A stretch of DNA of 63,976 nucleotides, filler included, from Pseudomonadota bacterium (GCA_043825735.1; 7 parts of 7 records of this genome joined end to end with filler, not necessarily neighbours in it), one strand, 5' to 3'. Numbered from the whole stretch's first letter, positions 29,601-38,704 are shown. The notes: generated by a model not told the origin, from the letters alone. Made by a program: numbers and translations.

Positions 29601-32600
29601 GGGATCTGCCCGACGATTCTACAGGTTATCCGGTATTGCCTTCCAGCCAACGTACGCTCTGGAAGAGTCAGTGGGGCGAGTACAACAGAATGTACTACGA
29701 CAATACCAATAATTACAAACCGTGGCCGCAGTGGAACACGGCGGCCAGTACCGAAGGGTCGCCGGCCTTTGACGCCAACTTGGACACCCCCCGCACCAAC
29801 CCGGTCAGAGACGACTGGACCTTCAACCTGGACAGCACGTTTTTTACCGTTCAGGCAACCGGCGGTGCTGCGGCCGTCGCCCCGACGCAATCCATATCCG
29901 TCCAGCGGCATTCGAGCAGCAATGGATCGTCCACGGCGGCCGATGCCATCGCCCTGGTGCATACTGTCAGCGGTGATGTCGTCATCGTTGACAACGAAGA
30001 CGGACCGAGTGCCTATGCCGAATTTGGAGACTCCTGGAATGATTCCGGTGCGTCCGACAGATGGAGCGGCAGTGCGCGATATAACAACACAGACCCGGCC
30101 ACTCTTGGTACAGGCACCCGGACCGCCACCTGGTACCCCAACATTCCGGTAGCCGGCAACTACAATGTCTATGCCTGGTGGCCGTCATATAACAACTATG
30201 ACAAAAACGCGCGGTTCTTGATTAAACACACGAACGGCACGGCTACTGCCACCATCGGTGGGGCGTCTAACAAGGTGAATCAGCGTGACACCGGAGGACA
30301 GTGGCGGCAACTGGGCAGCACCAGCTACCCCTTTGTGGCACAGGGGGTGGTCTCGGGTAATGTGGACGTGAGAAATTCCCACTATTTCAAATGGGTGGAC
30401 CACAACGGCGACAAAACGCCGTCCTACAAGACCTCCCAGGCCGGCATCACCGCGGCCAACAGCGAGGTCTACCTGGTCAACCTCACAAAGACCGCTGGTG
30501 TCTATGACTATGTCATCTACCGATATCTGGACGACGGCGACGACAAAGTCGAAAACAACGAGCTGTCCCTGGTGGGTAGCTATACAAGTCCGGGCACCGG
30601 TGACACCTACTGGAACGCAATTGTTCCCCGAAAACCCTTAGACGAGGGCGGAGCGGTGCGCACTGCCACCGAAGAGCGGCAGAATTTCGCCAACTGGTTC
30701 AGTTTCTACAGCCGGCGCGAGCTCACCGCCAAGGCGGCCATCGGCCGGACCATCGCCGGCGTGTCCGGGATGTATATCGGCATCTCGGGCATCAACGGAC
30801 ACATTAGAGAAAAAGTGGTGCCCATCAATGTGGCCGTCGGCGGCGTCAACCAGGACCAGACCGCCTACCTGCTGAACAAGCTCTACCAGGTCAACTCTAG
30901 TGGTGGCACGCCCCTGCGTCTCGGACTCCAGGACGCCGGACAGTACTATGATGCCGGAGACGGTAACTCCGGCAATCTCAGCACAACCGCTCCGTGGTAC
31001 AGCGAGGCCGATGGCGGCGGCTGCCAGCGCGCATTTACCATCCTCATGACCGACGGCTACTACAATGGCGGCACGCCGTCTCCGTCGGTGGGCAATGCGG
31101 ATTCCGACGGCACGATCCCATTCAGCGGCACTCCGGCCAAGGTATCGGTCTACGATAAGGGCCAATTTGCCGGGCCTGGGGATAATACCCTGGCTGACGT
31201 GGCCATGTATTACTACGAGAAGGATCTCAGTACCGGCCTCACCGACAACGTGCCGGCGAACAAATTCGACATCGCGCCGCATCAGCATATGGTCACCTAC
31301 GGGGTCTCTTTCGGGGTGAAGGGCACGATAGACCCGAAGCTCTGGCCCAATTGTCTGCCGAGCACCGCTCCCGGGGAGGCCACCATCAGTTGTCCCAGCT
31401 GGCCCTCGCCGGACAGCGAAGACAAAAAGATCGACGATCTTTACCACGCTGCGGTCAACGGCCGCGGCAGGTACCTCAGCGCCACCAATCCCGGCGCGCT
31501 GGTGGCCGCGCTCAAGGAGATCATCGACGAAGTGGCCGACTCCAAGGGGACCGGCTCCTCGGTGTCCATCAATGCCCAGGAGCTCAAAGAAGGGACCCTG
31601 CTCTTCCAGGCCTCGTACCTCACCGGCAGTTGGCGGGGCGATCTGGTGGCCAAGAAACTCAACGCCACCACCGGCGCGGTAGAGACCACCGAGTGGTCGG
31701 CAGCGAAAAAGCTGGCTGAAAAAGACTATGACGAGCGCTATATCATTACTTACAACGGCACCAGTGGTGCGCGGTTTTTCAACGATGGCACGACAAACGA
31801 GCTAAGCACCCGACAAATCAACCTGCTGCTGGATCGCTCCGCGGCAGATACCAGTGCGCTAACGGCGGCCCAGCAGACCGAAATCGTGAAACTGATCGCC
31901 TATCTGCGCGGTGACGGCACCAACGAAGGCAGTATTGCCGGGACCTATCGCACGCGGGCCCGTCTGGACGGTCCTGACGCCATCGGGCCCATCGGAGACC
32001 TGGTGCACTCAGCGCCCACCCATGTCGGCTCCGTGGTCTACGTGGGGGCCAACGACGGTATGCTCCACGCCTTTGACGCCGCTACCGGCGAAGAATTGTG
32101 GGCCTACATCCCCAACCTGGTCATGGCAGATCTGGACGTGCTGGCAGACCAGACTTACCCCCACAATTACTATGTGGACAACTCGCCCTATGCCGCCAAT
32201 GTCGTAAATCTATCAAATCAAAACAGAACGTTATTGGTCAGCACCCTGGGCAAGGGGGGCAAGGGGGTTTTCGCCCTCGACATCACCGATCCGAGGCCCG
32301 GATCGGAGTCCCTCGCCGCCAGCATCCCCCAGTGGGAATATCCGCGGCAGATCATGCCCGGCACCGAAACCGCTTTCGTGGACAACGATCTGGGCTACGG
32401 TTTCAGCCGGGCCTTTGTGGTCAATTCCCGTCTCGGCTGGGTTGTCATCATGGGCAACGGGTATGAGAGCGTCACCGGCAGGGCCATGCTCTATGTCTTC
32501 GATGCCTTCACCGGCGATCGGCTCGCAAAGATCGATACCGGTGTCGGCGGCGCGTCTCCGAATTGCAACGGCCTGTCAACACCGGTGCTCATCGACCCCG

Positions 32601-33829
32601 ACGCCGACGGCAAGGTGGATTACGTCTATGCCGGCGACCTGCTGGGCAACCTGTGGAAATTCGACCTCACCGGCACTACGATTGCCGACTGGAAAGTGGC
32701 TTACAAAAACGCATCCAATACCCCGCAGCCATTGTTTCAGGCTAAAAACGAGCAGGGATGGCGTCAACCCATCACCACCAAACCCGATGTCATGCGGCAC
32801 CCGGTATCCGGTCTTGGCGGCTATATGGTGATCTTCGGCACCGGTCGATACGTAGGCAATGCCGATTTCGGCGACAGCAGCGTACAGAGCTTCTACGGAA
32901 TCTGGGACTGGGCCGGTGAATGGTCTGCGAAAAGTCAGGATCCAAAGGAATTGTACTTTGGCTACTTCAAACCGGCGCTCACCGGAGCCGACCAATTCGG
33001 CCTGTTGGGTTACACCGGCAAAAACACCGACGACTTCATAGTAGGGGCCGTTGTCAACGGAGACTCCGGTGCAAGAGGGACCATCGTATCCGTCGAGGAA
33101 GTGAGCGCTACCGATGGCACCCTTACGATCAAGAACATCACGGGGACGGGGACATTCATCAACGGCGACCCCCTCACATCAGGTACCACAACGGCAGCGG
33201 CTGACGGTGCGGTGGCGATAGTGAAGTTCCGGCCCCTGTCCAATCTCACCGAAGCCGCGGTGGGTCAGAACGTCACGCTCCTGCGCCAGAACCAGATCGC
33301 CTACGTCAACAAAATGCGGTTCATGAGCGATAATACCATCTCCTGGTACAGGCCTGGCAGCGCTGTCCCGGCTGGCGCCATAAGACATATCGGCTGGTAT
33401 TTCGATCTGCCGGCCGCCAGCGAGCGGACGATCCGCGATCCGCTCATTCGCGACGGCAAGGCGTTTATGATCTCTTCAATCCCCTCGGATTCGCCCTGCT
33501 CGTCCGGCGGCACCTCGGTCATTCACGCGCTGGATGCCGGCACCGGTGGACGCAGTGCCTCGGCGGTATTCGACATCTCCGGCCCCGAAGGGGTTCCCGA
33601 CGGTGTGATCGACGAACACGATCTGGTCAACATCGGTACGGCGGAGCACCCGCGATACGTGGCCCCTACCGGTCTCGAGCGCCAGAGCATGTGGTATACA
33701 CCGGCCGTGCTGCCGGTAAAGGACAGTGATGTGGACATCATGTACTTCAGTACATCCGATGGTGACGTGAAACTGGAGAAAGTGGAAGCCGAGCAGACCG
33801 GCATGTTTTACTGGAGAGAAATCGACTGA
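26621..33829 (+). CDS. pilY1: Giant PilY1/PilC-type pilus tip adhesin (5' partial): Calx-beta repeats, Ig-like repeats, two Cys/Asp metal-binding repeats, vWA, CBM-like insert, PilY1 beta-propeller
   Basis: Repeated TATxGxDY / DDxxxExDETF Calx-beta motifs; DADGDKY..DCNDNDKNIYPGA..CNDGIDQDC repeats; PPNVLFVLDDSGSM MIDAS; GDLVHSAP, VGANDGMLHAF, GEELWAYIP, DPDADGKVDYVYAGDLLGNLWKFD, C-terminal YWREI. Confidence 0.9.
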   Translation: MSLDGGKLAPPGGIAVSFATTGTATSGTDYTALSTPVTIAAGANAATITVTPADDVLVEGDETVIATLTGTNNGDVTINTAANAATVVIASDDTATLTIGNLSQREGSGNGTTNFVFPVTLSAAVQGGFTLAYTTNDGTATVADGDYTDNDNSLSFAGTIGEVKNITVVVAADNKSEPDETFTVALGALSAIDPVAAGKISLVGSPATGTIEYDDYEVSIGVDKTLNEGNAGTTNFVFDVSLDRLNKSGGNITAAVSVTGDTATAGSDYVSPPPASVVFANGDTSKTYTVAVNGDTTVERDEVFLVTLTGATPAVGSNSAAVSSASSANVAVGVINNDDVYDITIDDALPAGGVPEGTALTFKVNLSQAVHNDGAGDKVTVAYTTQAGPAPAAASGSDYPSTSGTLTFNPGSIQETITVPTTADDTVELNENLQVFISSPTQLSRGTATISRTTADGIIKNDDLYKLSISNAAASVDEGNPLTFTVTLLQAPLSGQTVSVNYTTTDGTAKAGIDYTAVAGSFTFAAGQSSKTITVNSINDTLVNDGDLSFTVDLSGATTTGTGVTIVTGSGTGTILDNEYDVNATISGGNGTVSPANEVVQKGSNSNTFTFTADAGYCIQNVTRSDTGSVLGGVVPTSPYGTTFPNIQTDPTNIVGTYRRQIQFTVYIEPAGAQADGKWRLIDVDGGAVTIGGDAEGWHASGTSQALPCERTQFKLQFYPLSGWDAPSQNDVIYPIGPADSDMTVTGTYISKSVTLTLAAVGGGGGETFSADPAGSQEAGEGTYTYLRADATSVTVTASTSSAGYYFVGWSPTGDVSDSTASSTTVVMNASKTLTATFAQYGADADGDKYFAGTGPGDDCNDNDKNIYPGAIDYCNDGIDQDCSGADEICGALDTDNDGDGYTENQNDCNDNNAAINPAASEICGNGVDEDCYEGDRACGGEVTCVTASNIPLETQAQAAPPNVLFVLDDSGSMDWSIMTEESGGDFNNSTYMWDLPDDSTGYPVLPSSQRTLWKSQWGEYNRMYYDNTNNYKPWPQWNTAASTEGSPAFDANLDTPRTNPVRDDWTFNLDSTFFTVQATGGAAAVAPTQSISVQRHSSSNGSSTAADAIALVHTVSGDVVIVDNEDGPSAYAEFGDSWNDSGASDRWSGSARYNNTDPATLGTGTRTATWYPNIPVAGNYNVYAWWPSYNNYDKNARFLIKHTNGTATATIGGASNKVNQRDTGGQWRQLGSTSYPFVAQGVVSGNVDVRNSHYFKWVDHNGDKTPSYKTSQAGITAANSEVYLVNLTKTAGVYDYVIYRYLDDGDDKVENNELSLVGSYTSPGTGDTYWNAIVPRKPLDEGGAVRTATEERQNFANWFSFYSRRELTAKAAIGRTIAGVSGMYIGISGINGHIREKVVPINVAVGGVNQDQTAYLLNKLYQVNSSGGTPLRLGLQDAGQYYDAGDGNSGNLSTTAPWYSEADGGGCQRAFTILMTDGYYNGGTPSPSVGNADSDGTIPFSGTPAKVSVYDKGQFAGPGDNTLADVAMYYYEKDLSTGLTDNVPANKFDIAPHQHMVTYGVSFGVKGTIDPKLWPNCLPSTAPGEATISCPSWPSPDSEDKKIDDLYHAAVNGRGRYLSATNPGALVAALKEIIDEVADSKGTGSSVSINAQELKEGTLLFQASYLTGSWRGDLVAKKLNATTGAVETTEWSAAKKLAEKDYDERYIITYNGTSGARFFNDGTTNELSTRQINLLLDRSAADTSALTAAQQTEIVKLIAYLRGDGTNEGSIAGTYRTRARLDGPDAIGPIGDLVHSAPTHVGSVVYVGANDGMLHAFDAATGEELWAYIPNLVMADLDVLADQTYPHNYYVDNSPYAANVVNLSNQNRTLLVSTLGKGGKGVFALDITDPRPGSESLAASIPQWEYPRQIMPGTETAFVDNDLGYGFSRAFVVNSRLGWVVIMGNGYESVTGRAMLYVFDAFTGDRLAKIDTGVGGASPNCNGLSTPVLIDPDADGKVDYVYAGDLLGNLWKFDLTGTTIADWKVAYKNASNTPQPLFQAKNEQGWRQPITTKPDVMRHPVSGLGGYMVIFGTGRYVGNADFGDSSVQSFYGIWDWAGEWSAKSQDPKELYFGYFKPALTGADQFGLLGYTGKNTDDFIVGAVVNGDSGARGTIVSVEEVSATDGTLTIKNITGTGTFINGDPLTSGTTTAAADGAVAIVKFRPLSNLTEAAVGQNVTLLRQNQIAYVNKMRFMSDNTISWYRPGSAVPAGAIRHIGWYFDLPAASERTIRDPLIRDGKAFMISSIPSDSPCSSGGTSVIHALDAGTGGRSASAVFDISGPEGVPDGVIDEHDLVNIGTAEHPRYVAPTGLERQSMWYTPAVLPVKDSDVDIMYFSTSDGDVKLEKVEAEQTGMFYWREID

Positions 33830-33851
33830 TTAATCTGGCAGGGAGAAGACC

Positions 33852-34214
33852 ATGAAGACCATTATTGCGTGGATTATCGGGGCGGCCATTCTCATTATAG
33901 GGCTGCCTCTGCAGGCCGCGGACATTACCGTAGCGCCATTCAAGGCACCCTCGCCTTCCGGCGGCGCTGTCCAAAAACAATCCAAAATCCCTGACCTGAG
34001 GGAAGGCTTTTTCCATGGGTTTGGAAAAATCGACCGGATTTCGCCAACGGAAGTGGTCGTTGAAGACCGGCTTTTGCGGCTGCTGTCCAACATCAGTTAT
34101 CGGCGTGAGAACGGTTCGGTGGCTGCGGACAAGGAATTTACCGTTGGCACCCTTGTCTGGTATGTGTTAGATAATAATGGAAACGTGAAATCACTCTGGA
34201 AAAAAGGGGACTAA
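33852..34214 (+). CDS. Exported small protein, PilY2-like
   Basis: Signal peptide, beta-rich GKIDRIS...VVVED...F.VG..V pattern, directly after pilY1 with GGGAGA RBS. Confidence 0.55.
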   Translation: MKTIIAWIIGAAILIIGLPLQAADITVAPFKAPSPSGGAVQKQSKIPDLREGFFHGFGKIDRISPTEVVVEDRLLRLLSNISYRRENGSVAADKEFTVGTLVWYVLDNNGNVKSLWKKGD

Positions 34215-34218
34215 TGGG

Positions 34219-34719
34219 GTGAAACGGCTGCTGATTTGTCTGTGTTTGTTGGGTCTGATGTTGCCGGCCAGCGTGATGGCGGAGTTTTACCGGTACCGCG
34301 ATGCCAACGGCGTGATGCGCTTTACGGACAACCTGGATGAAGTGCCACGAGATCAGCGTCCGGCCGTGGCCAGCTATAACGAACCGGATGATTTTTTAAC
34401 ACCTGAGGAACGCCAGAAAAAAGCCGAGGAAGCGGCTGCCGCGGCCAATACCAAACCCACGTCCGCCTTCGATGCCGAGCAAAACGAGCGCATGCGTCTG
34501 AACAAGGTCCGGATCGAACTGGACGCAGAGTATGGCGATCTGATGAAGGAAAAAGAAGCCGTGGCTAAGATGAAGGCGGCGGCCAAAGACGACGTGGCCC
34601 GCAAGGCCTACCGGGATAAGGTGATTGCCCTCAATAAGCGCATCACCGCCTACGAGACCGGGCGTAAGGCGTACGAAGACGCGATGGATGCCTTCAGTGC
34701 CGCCGAAAAGGTCAAATGA
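34219..34719 (+). CDS. DUF4124 domain exported protein with coiled coil
   Basis: Signal peptide then EFYRYRDANGVMRFTDN..P motif and a charged helical tail. Confidence 0.8.
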   Translation: MKRLLICLCLLGLMLPASVMAEFYRYRDANGVMRFTDNLDEVPRDQRPAVASYNEPDDFLTPEERQKKAEEAAAAANTKPTSAFDAEQNERMRLNKVRIELDAEYGDLMKEKEAVAKMKAAAKDDVARKAYRDKVIALNKRITAYETGRKAYEDAMDAFSAAEKVK

Positions 34720-34946
34720 GCCACCGGCGGCCGGTGTTTCTCGGTCTCTCTCAGTCTGCACACTGCATCGGCGCAGAATGATTTCCAAGACTTATTTCTA
34801 AACGAAAGTGAGCTCGCTGCCTGATCGGCAGCGGGCTCTTTTTAAATACGGCTTTCAGGAAATTGACACGGTCTCTGCGATTTTTTATAGTGATGCCGCC
34901 TTGCTGTTTGCCAGAGCACCCGGGATCCGACAGTGACCCGATAATT

Positions 34947-35074
34947 TTGATGGTTCCGCAAAAAATCAAAAATTACCACAGAGGCCACAGAGAGCACAGA
35001 GATAAATCACTAATAATTCAAAAGTATTCTCTGCGGTCTCTGTGGTCCGAAATCACTTTTTACGGATTCATCAA
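34947..35074. repeat. Nested inverted-repeat element (MITE/REPIN-like)
   Basis: Outer TTGATGGTTCCGCAAAAAAT / ACTTTTTACGGATTCATCAA; inner ACCACAGAGGCCACAGAGA / TCTCTGCGGTCTCTGTGGT around an AT-rich spacer. Confidence 0.7.
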
Positions 35075-35110
35075 CTTTAAGCCGTGCCCGTCTTCAGATG
35101 CCGTCTGTAG

Positions 35111-36943
35111 ATGGATAATAGGAACGATGCCATGCCCACCGAGAGCACCGACAAGTATTCCGTCAAGGCCGTTTGTCAGGTGTTGATCAAGCAGCAGCTG
35201 ATCACCCGAGAGCAGGCCAAAGCGGTTTTGAAAAGGGAACAGGAGGTCCTCAAAGATCTGGTAAAGAAACTTGAGGTCTCATCCCAGGCCCGCGGTCTCA
35301 AGATCGTGAGCTCGTGCACCGGTATCGATGTCGTTGCCGCCATGGACTTCAAGCGGGCCGACAACCCCAACCGAGACCTGGACGAAGAAACGATCTTCCA
35401 GGCCATGTCCAGCGCCTGGGGGCTCACCTATAAAAAAATCGATCCGCTCAAGCTCAATCTCAACCTGGTGACCACTACCATCCCCCGCAATTTCGCGCTC
35501 AAGCACCTGTTTTTACCGATCGGTATCGCCAACGGTGTGCTGACCGTGGCCACCCCGGATCCTTTCAATACGGAGGCGCTCGAGGATGTCTCACGCGTCA
35601 CCAATCTGCGGGTGGAAACGGTCGTCAGTTCCAAGGGTGACATCCTGCGGCTGATCGATGAGTTCTTCGGCTTCAAGCGTTCCATCGCCATGGCCGAAGA
35701 CCTTTTTAAAACGGCCGGCCCCGATCTCGGAAATCTGGAGCAGTATGTAAAGCTCAGCGGCGTGGACGACCTGCCGGCCAATGACAAGCATATCGTCAAT
35801 GCCGTGAGCCATCTGCTCGTCTACGCATTCGATCAGCGAGCCAGTGATATCCACATCGAGCCTAAACGGGAGACCACCCGGGTGCGCATGCGCATCGACG
35901 GCGTGCTGCACACGGTCTATCAGCTTCCCAAAAAGGTGCATAACCCGCTGGTCAGCCGCATCAAGGCCATGAGCCGTCTGGACATGGCCGAAAAACGGCG
36001 ACCCCAGGACGGCCGTATCAAGACCGATCGGGGCGGGGTGGAGGTGGAAATCCGTATCTCGACCGTGCCCACCGCCTTCGGTGAAAAGATGGTCATGAGG
36101 GTCATGGACCCGGACATCCTTTTCCAGGACCTCGACGGCCTGGGGTTTACAGACGAAGACAAACATCGCTACAACAGTTTCGTTAATCTGCCTCACGGGA
36201 TTGCGCTGGTGTGCGGACCCACCGGTAGCGGCAAGTCGACGACCCTGTATTCGACCCTGCGCATGATCTCCACATCGGAGAAAAACGTCGTCACCGTCGA
36301 AGATCCCATCGAAATGGTGCATGAGGATTTCAATCAGATCGGTGTGCAGCCCTCAGTGGGGGTCACCTTCGCCACCATTTTGCGGACCCTGCTGCGCCAG
36401 GACCCGGACATCATCATGGTGGGTGAGACGCGGGATCTGGAAACCGCCCAGAATGCCATCCAGGCGGCGCTGACGGGACATCTGGTTCTATCGACACTGC
36501 ACACCAACGATGCGCCCACCGCGGTGACCCGTCTTCTGGATCTGGGGGTGGATGCGTTTCTCATCCAGGCCACCCTGGTGGGGGTGCTGGCGCAACGCCT
36601 GGTCCGGAAAATTTGTCCGTATTGCATGGAATCTTTCGATATCACCTACAGTGATCTTGCCATTTGCGGACTTTCTGTAGAAGGCGAGGGGGGGGTGACG
36701 CTGCAACGGGGTCAGGGCTGTCAGCGGTGCCGGAATACGGGCTACCGGGGGCGGATCGGTGTGTTTGAAGTGATGCCCTACGGAGATCAGCAGCGGGTGC
36801 TGACCACCCCGGCCACGGACCTGGACAAACTTCGAAAATCCGCCCTGGCCGATGGCATGTCCAGCCTCAGGGAAAGCGCCATCGCCAAAATGATCGGGGG
36901 CATTACCACCTACCAGGAAGTCCTTCGCGTCACCACGGAATAA
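35111..36943 (+). CDS. GspE/PilB-family secretion/pilus assembly ATPase
   Basis: RASDIHIEP, EKRRPQDGR, GPTGSGKSTTLY, VEDPIE, LRQDPDIIMVGETRD, TGHLVLSTLHTN, tetra-Cys (CPYC...CQRC). Confidence 0.93.
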   Translation: MDNRNDAMPTESTDKYSVKAVCQVLIKQQLITREQAKAVLKREQEVLKDLVKKLEVSSQARGLKIVSSCTGIDVVAAMDFKRADNPNRDLDEETIFQAMSSAWGLTYKKIDPLKLNLNLVTTTIPRNFALKHLFLPIGIANGVLTVATPDPFNTEALEDVSRVTNLRVETVVSSKGDILRLIDEFFGFKRSIAMAEDLFKTAGPDLGNLEQYVKLSGVDDLPANDKHIVNAVSHLLVYAFDQRASDIHIEPKRETTRVRMRIDGVLHTVYQLPKKVHNPLVSRIKAMSRLDMAEKRRPQDGRIKTDRGGVEVEIRISTVPTAFGEKMVMRVMDPDILFQDLDGLGFTDEDKHRYNSFVNLPHGIALVCGPTGSGKSTTLYSTLRMISTSEKNVVTVEDPIEMVHEDFNQIGVQPSVGVTFATILRTLLRQDPDIIMVGETRDLETAQNAIQAALTGHLVLSTLHTNDAPTAVTRLLDLGVDAFLIQATLVGVLAQRLVRKICPYCMESFDITYSDLAICGLSVEGEGGVTLQRGQGCQRCRNTGYRGRIGVFEVMPYGDQQRVLTTPATDLDKLRKSALADGMSSLRESAIAKMIGGITTYQEVLRVTTE

Positions 36944-36997
36944 AACAATACGCTTATGCAGAAAGCGCCAGTTGGTCTTTTCCTAAAGTGATGTTGA

Positions 36998-37082
36998 ACC
37001 ACGGAGTCACGGAGGGCACGGAGATTTTATAAACAAAAACGACCGTTTTTGATTTTATCCGTGCCCTCTGTGACTCCGTGGT
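36998..37082. repeat. 25-bp inverted repeat of 9-nt units with AT-rich spacer
   Basis: ACCACGGAGTCACGGAGGGCACGGA (36998-37022) / TCCGTGCCCTCTGTGACTCCGTGGT (37058-37082), 1 mismatch. Confidence 0.75.
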
Positions 37083-37159
37083 GATCACAACGTCATCGGG
37101 AACACCGCTCTTTGACGCTAAACTGGAGCTTCATAGAGAGCGGATGAAATATTACCGCT

Positions 37160-37205
37160 ATAAATGAAGCCCCTCCGCAGTGCGCTGCGGAGGGGCTTCA
37201 TTTAT
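37160..37205. terminator. Bidirectional terminator between convergent genes
   Basis: Perfect 21-bp stem ATAAATGAAGCCCCTCCGCAG-TGCG-CTGCGGAGGGGCTTCATTTAT. Confidence 0.8.
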
Positions 37206-37207
37206 GG

Positions 37208-38332
37208 TTATTGGCCAGGGGAGCGGAAGGTTGTGCCCGGGGCGATACTGTTGCGGGCGCCGGTAACCAGCACTGTCGAAGTATTTTCTTCCGTATGAAG
37301 TACCAGCACGGTGCCAAAGTTGACCGACGTCAGAACAATGGGGTCTTTGTCCAGCGCATTCACCCGGTCGGAGTCCTGATAAGAGAGCAGGTATTCCTGT
37401 CCGACGGCCACGCCGTCAACACGGCCCTTGTCGATGAACCCGGTCATGAATTCGGCGATGAGCGCGTTCCGGTCTTCGCTGCCGATGAGGACGCCTTGCA
37501 GGCCCGGTACGGCGGGAACCAGCGTGATATTGGGTGAGCGCGGTTCGAAGGGAATCAGTTTGTCGTCGATGTATATGGCCCGATATGACTTTTCCACGAC
37601 ACCGATGGCGTAGCGGGGTTCAAGCCCGGTGATCCGGATGGTACCCGCCAGCAGATGCTGAATACCGTATGATCTCTTTGTTTTTGGGTCCTTAATGGGG
37701 TCCAGGGTACGGTAGACGGTGTACGCACTGCCGGCCGCCATGCCGTTGTCCTTTTCGTTACGGATATAGACGGTATCACCGGTGCTATAAAATGCTTTTG
37801 CGCGCTGGCCTTTGAAAATGGTGCCCAGCGGCTGGGCCGGTTCCTTACGGACGAATCCGACGGCATCAATGGGCTTATAGGAAAATTCGGGCATCGGTAC
37901 GGGTTTGACTTCCGCGGCTTCTTTGGCGGTTTCAGACGCTACGGACAGGGGGGGCGTTTTTTCCATCGGCGCCGGTATCTGTTTGGAAACCCGGTCGATC
38001 CAGTCCTTGTGATAGAGCCGGATCCGCTCACCGGGATAGATCTGGTGCGGGTTGGGGATCTGATCGTTTTCTTTCCACAATTCAGGCCAAATCCATGGGG
38101 AATCGGCAAAGCGCTCGGAAAGATCCCACAGCGTATCCCCCTTTTTCACCGTGTAGTAGAACCCGGCCTCATGCTCCACGGTTTCCTTTCCTTCTTCTGC
38201 AAACGCCGGCAGATCTAAGACAGATGCGCACATCAGTACTGCGGCGGTAATCATCACCCAGATAACGGTTGAAGGGCATGCCTGCCTTGGCATATCCAGG
38301 TGTCCACCGGTGAAATGAGACCATGTTTTCAT
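37208..38332 (-). CDS. LysM peptidoglycan-binding protein, TsaP-like
   Basis: Signal peptide, YTVKKGDTLWDLSERF..SPWIWPELW..N.QIPNPHQIYPGERI, beta-rich C-terminal part. Confidence 0.8.
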   Translation of the reverse strand: MKTWSHFTGGHLDMPRQACPSTVIWVMITAAVLMCASVLDLPAFAEEGKETVEHEAGFYYTVKKGDTLWDLSERFADSPWIWPELWKENDQIPNPHQIYPGERIRLYHKDWIDRVSKQIPAPMEKTPPLSVASETAKEAAEVKPVPMPEFSYKPIDAVGFVRKEPAQPLGTIFKGQRAKAFYSTGDTVYIRNEKDNGMAAGSAYTVYRTLDPIKDPKTKRSYGIQHLLAGTIRITGLEPRYAIGVVEKSYRAIYIDDKLIPFEPRSPNITLVPAVPGLQGVLIGSEDRNALIAEFMTGFIDKGRVDGVAVGQEYLLSYQDSDRVNALDKDPIVLTSVNFGTVLVLHTEENTSTVLVTGARNSIAPGTTFRSPGQ

Positions 38333-38540
38333 GACTCTAACCCCACTGATTCGGGTGATTGTTGGGATGACGCATCGCTTAGTACCAACTCATAGTCTGG
38401 AATGATGGGTTTTGTCAAGAGTATCAATAGGTAACAGAATTTTTCAGCGGCTAATGCCACATCAATGCCGGGGGGAGCGTCTTGGGAAGAAAGAAAGGTC
38501 GCTTTTTAAGCCGTATAGGCGCAATCTGTGGATAACAACC

Positions 38541-38690
38541 AGTTGCCGTTGCAGTTGGTTTTTCCGGCCGAAGGCCGCCCATCCGCGTAATCTGCGTCAT
38601 CTGCGGTTCATTCGAAGTTGCCGTTGAAGTTGCTTTCCGGCCGCAGGCCGCATCTACTTATCCGCGTTCATCCGTGTCCCATTCGGGGTT
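38541..38690. repeat. Two imperfect tandem repeats of about 75 bp
   Basis: AGTTGCCGTTGCAGTTGGTTTTTCCGGCCGAAGGCCGC at 38541 and AGTTGCCGTTGAAGTTGCTTTCCGGCCGCAGGCCGC at 38616, each followed by ATCYGYG-type 9-10-nt units. Confidence 0.65.
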
Positions 38691-38704
38691 GCCTTTGCCC
38701 GCCT

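Noticed and set aside
38527..38535. Perfect DnaA box TGTGGATAA
   Set aside because: Single copy beside a repeat element, with no box cluster or oriC gene context.
38541..38690. Possible CRISPR array (also considered 49747-49913 and 54802-54858)
   Set aside because: Too few or too short repeats, no unique spacers of regular length, and no cas genes.
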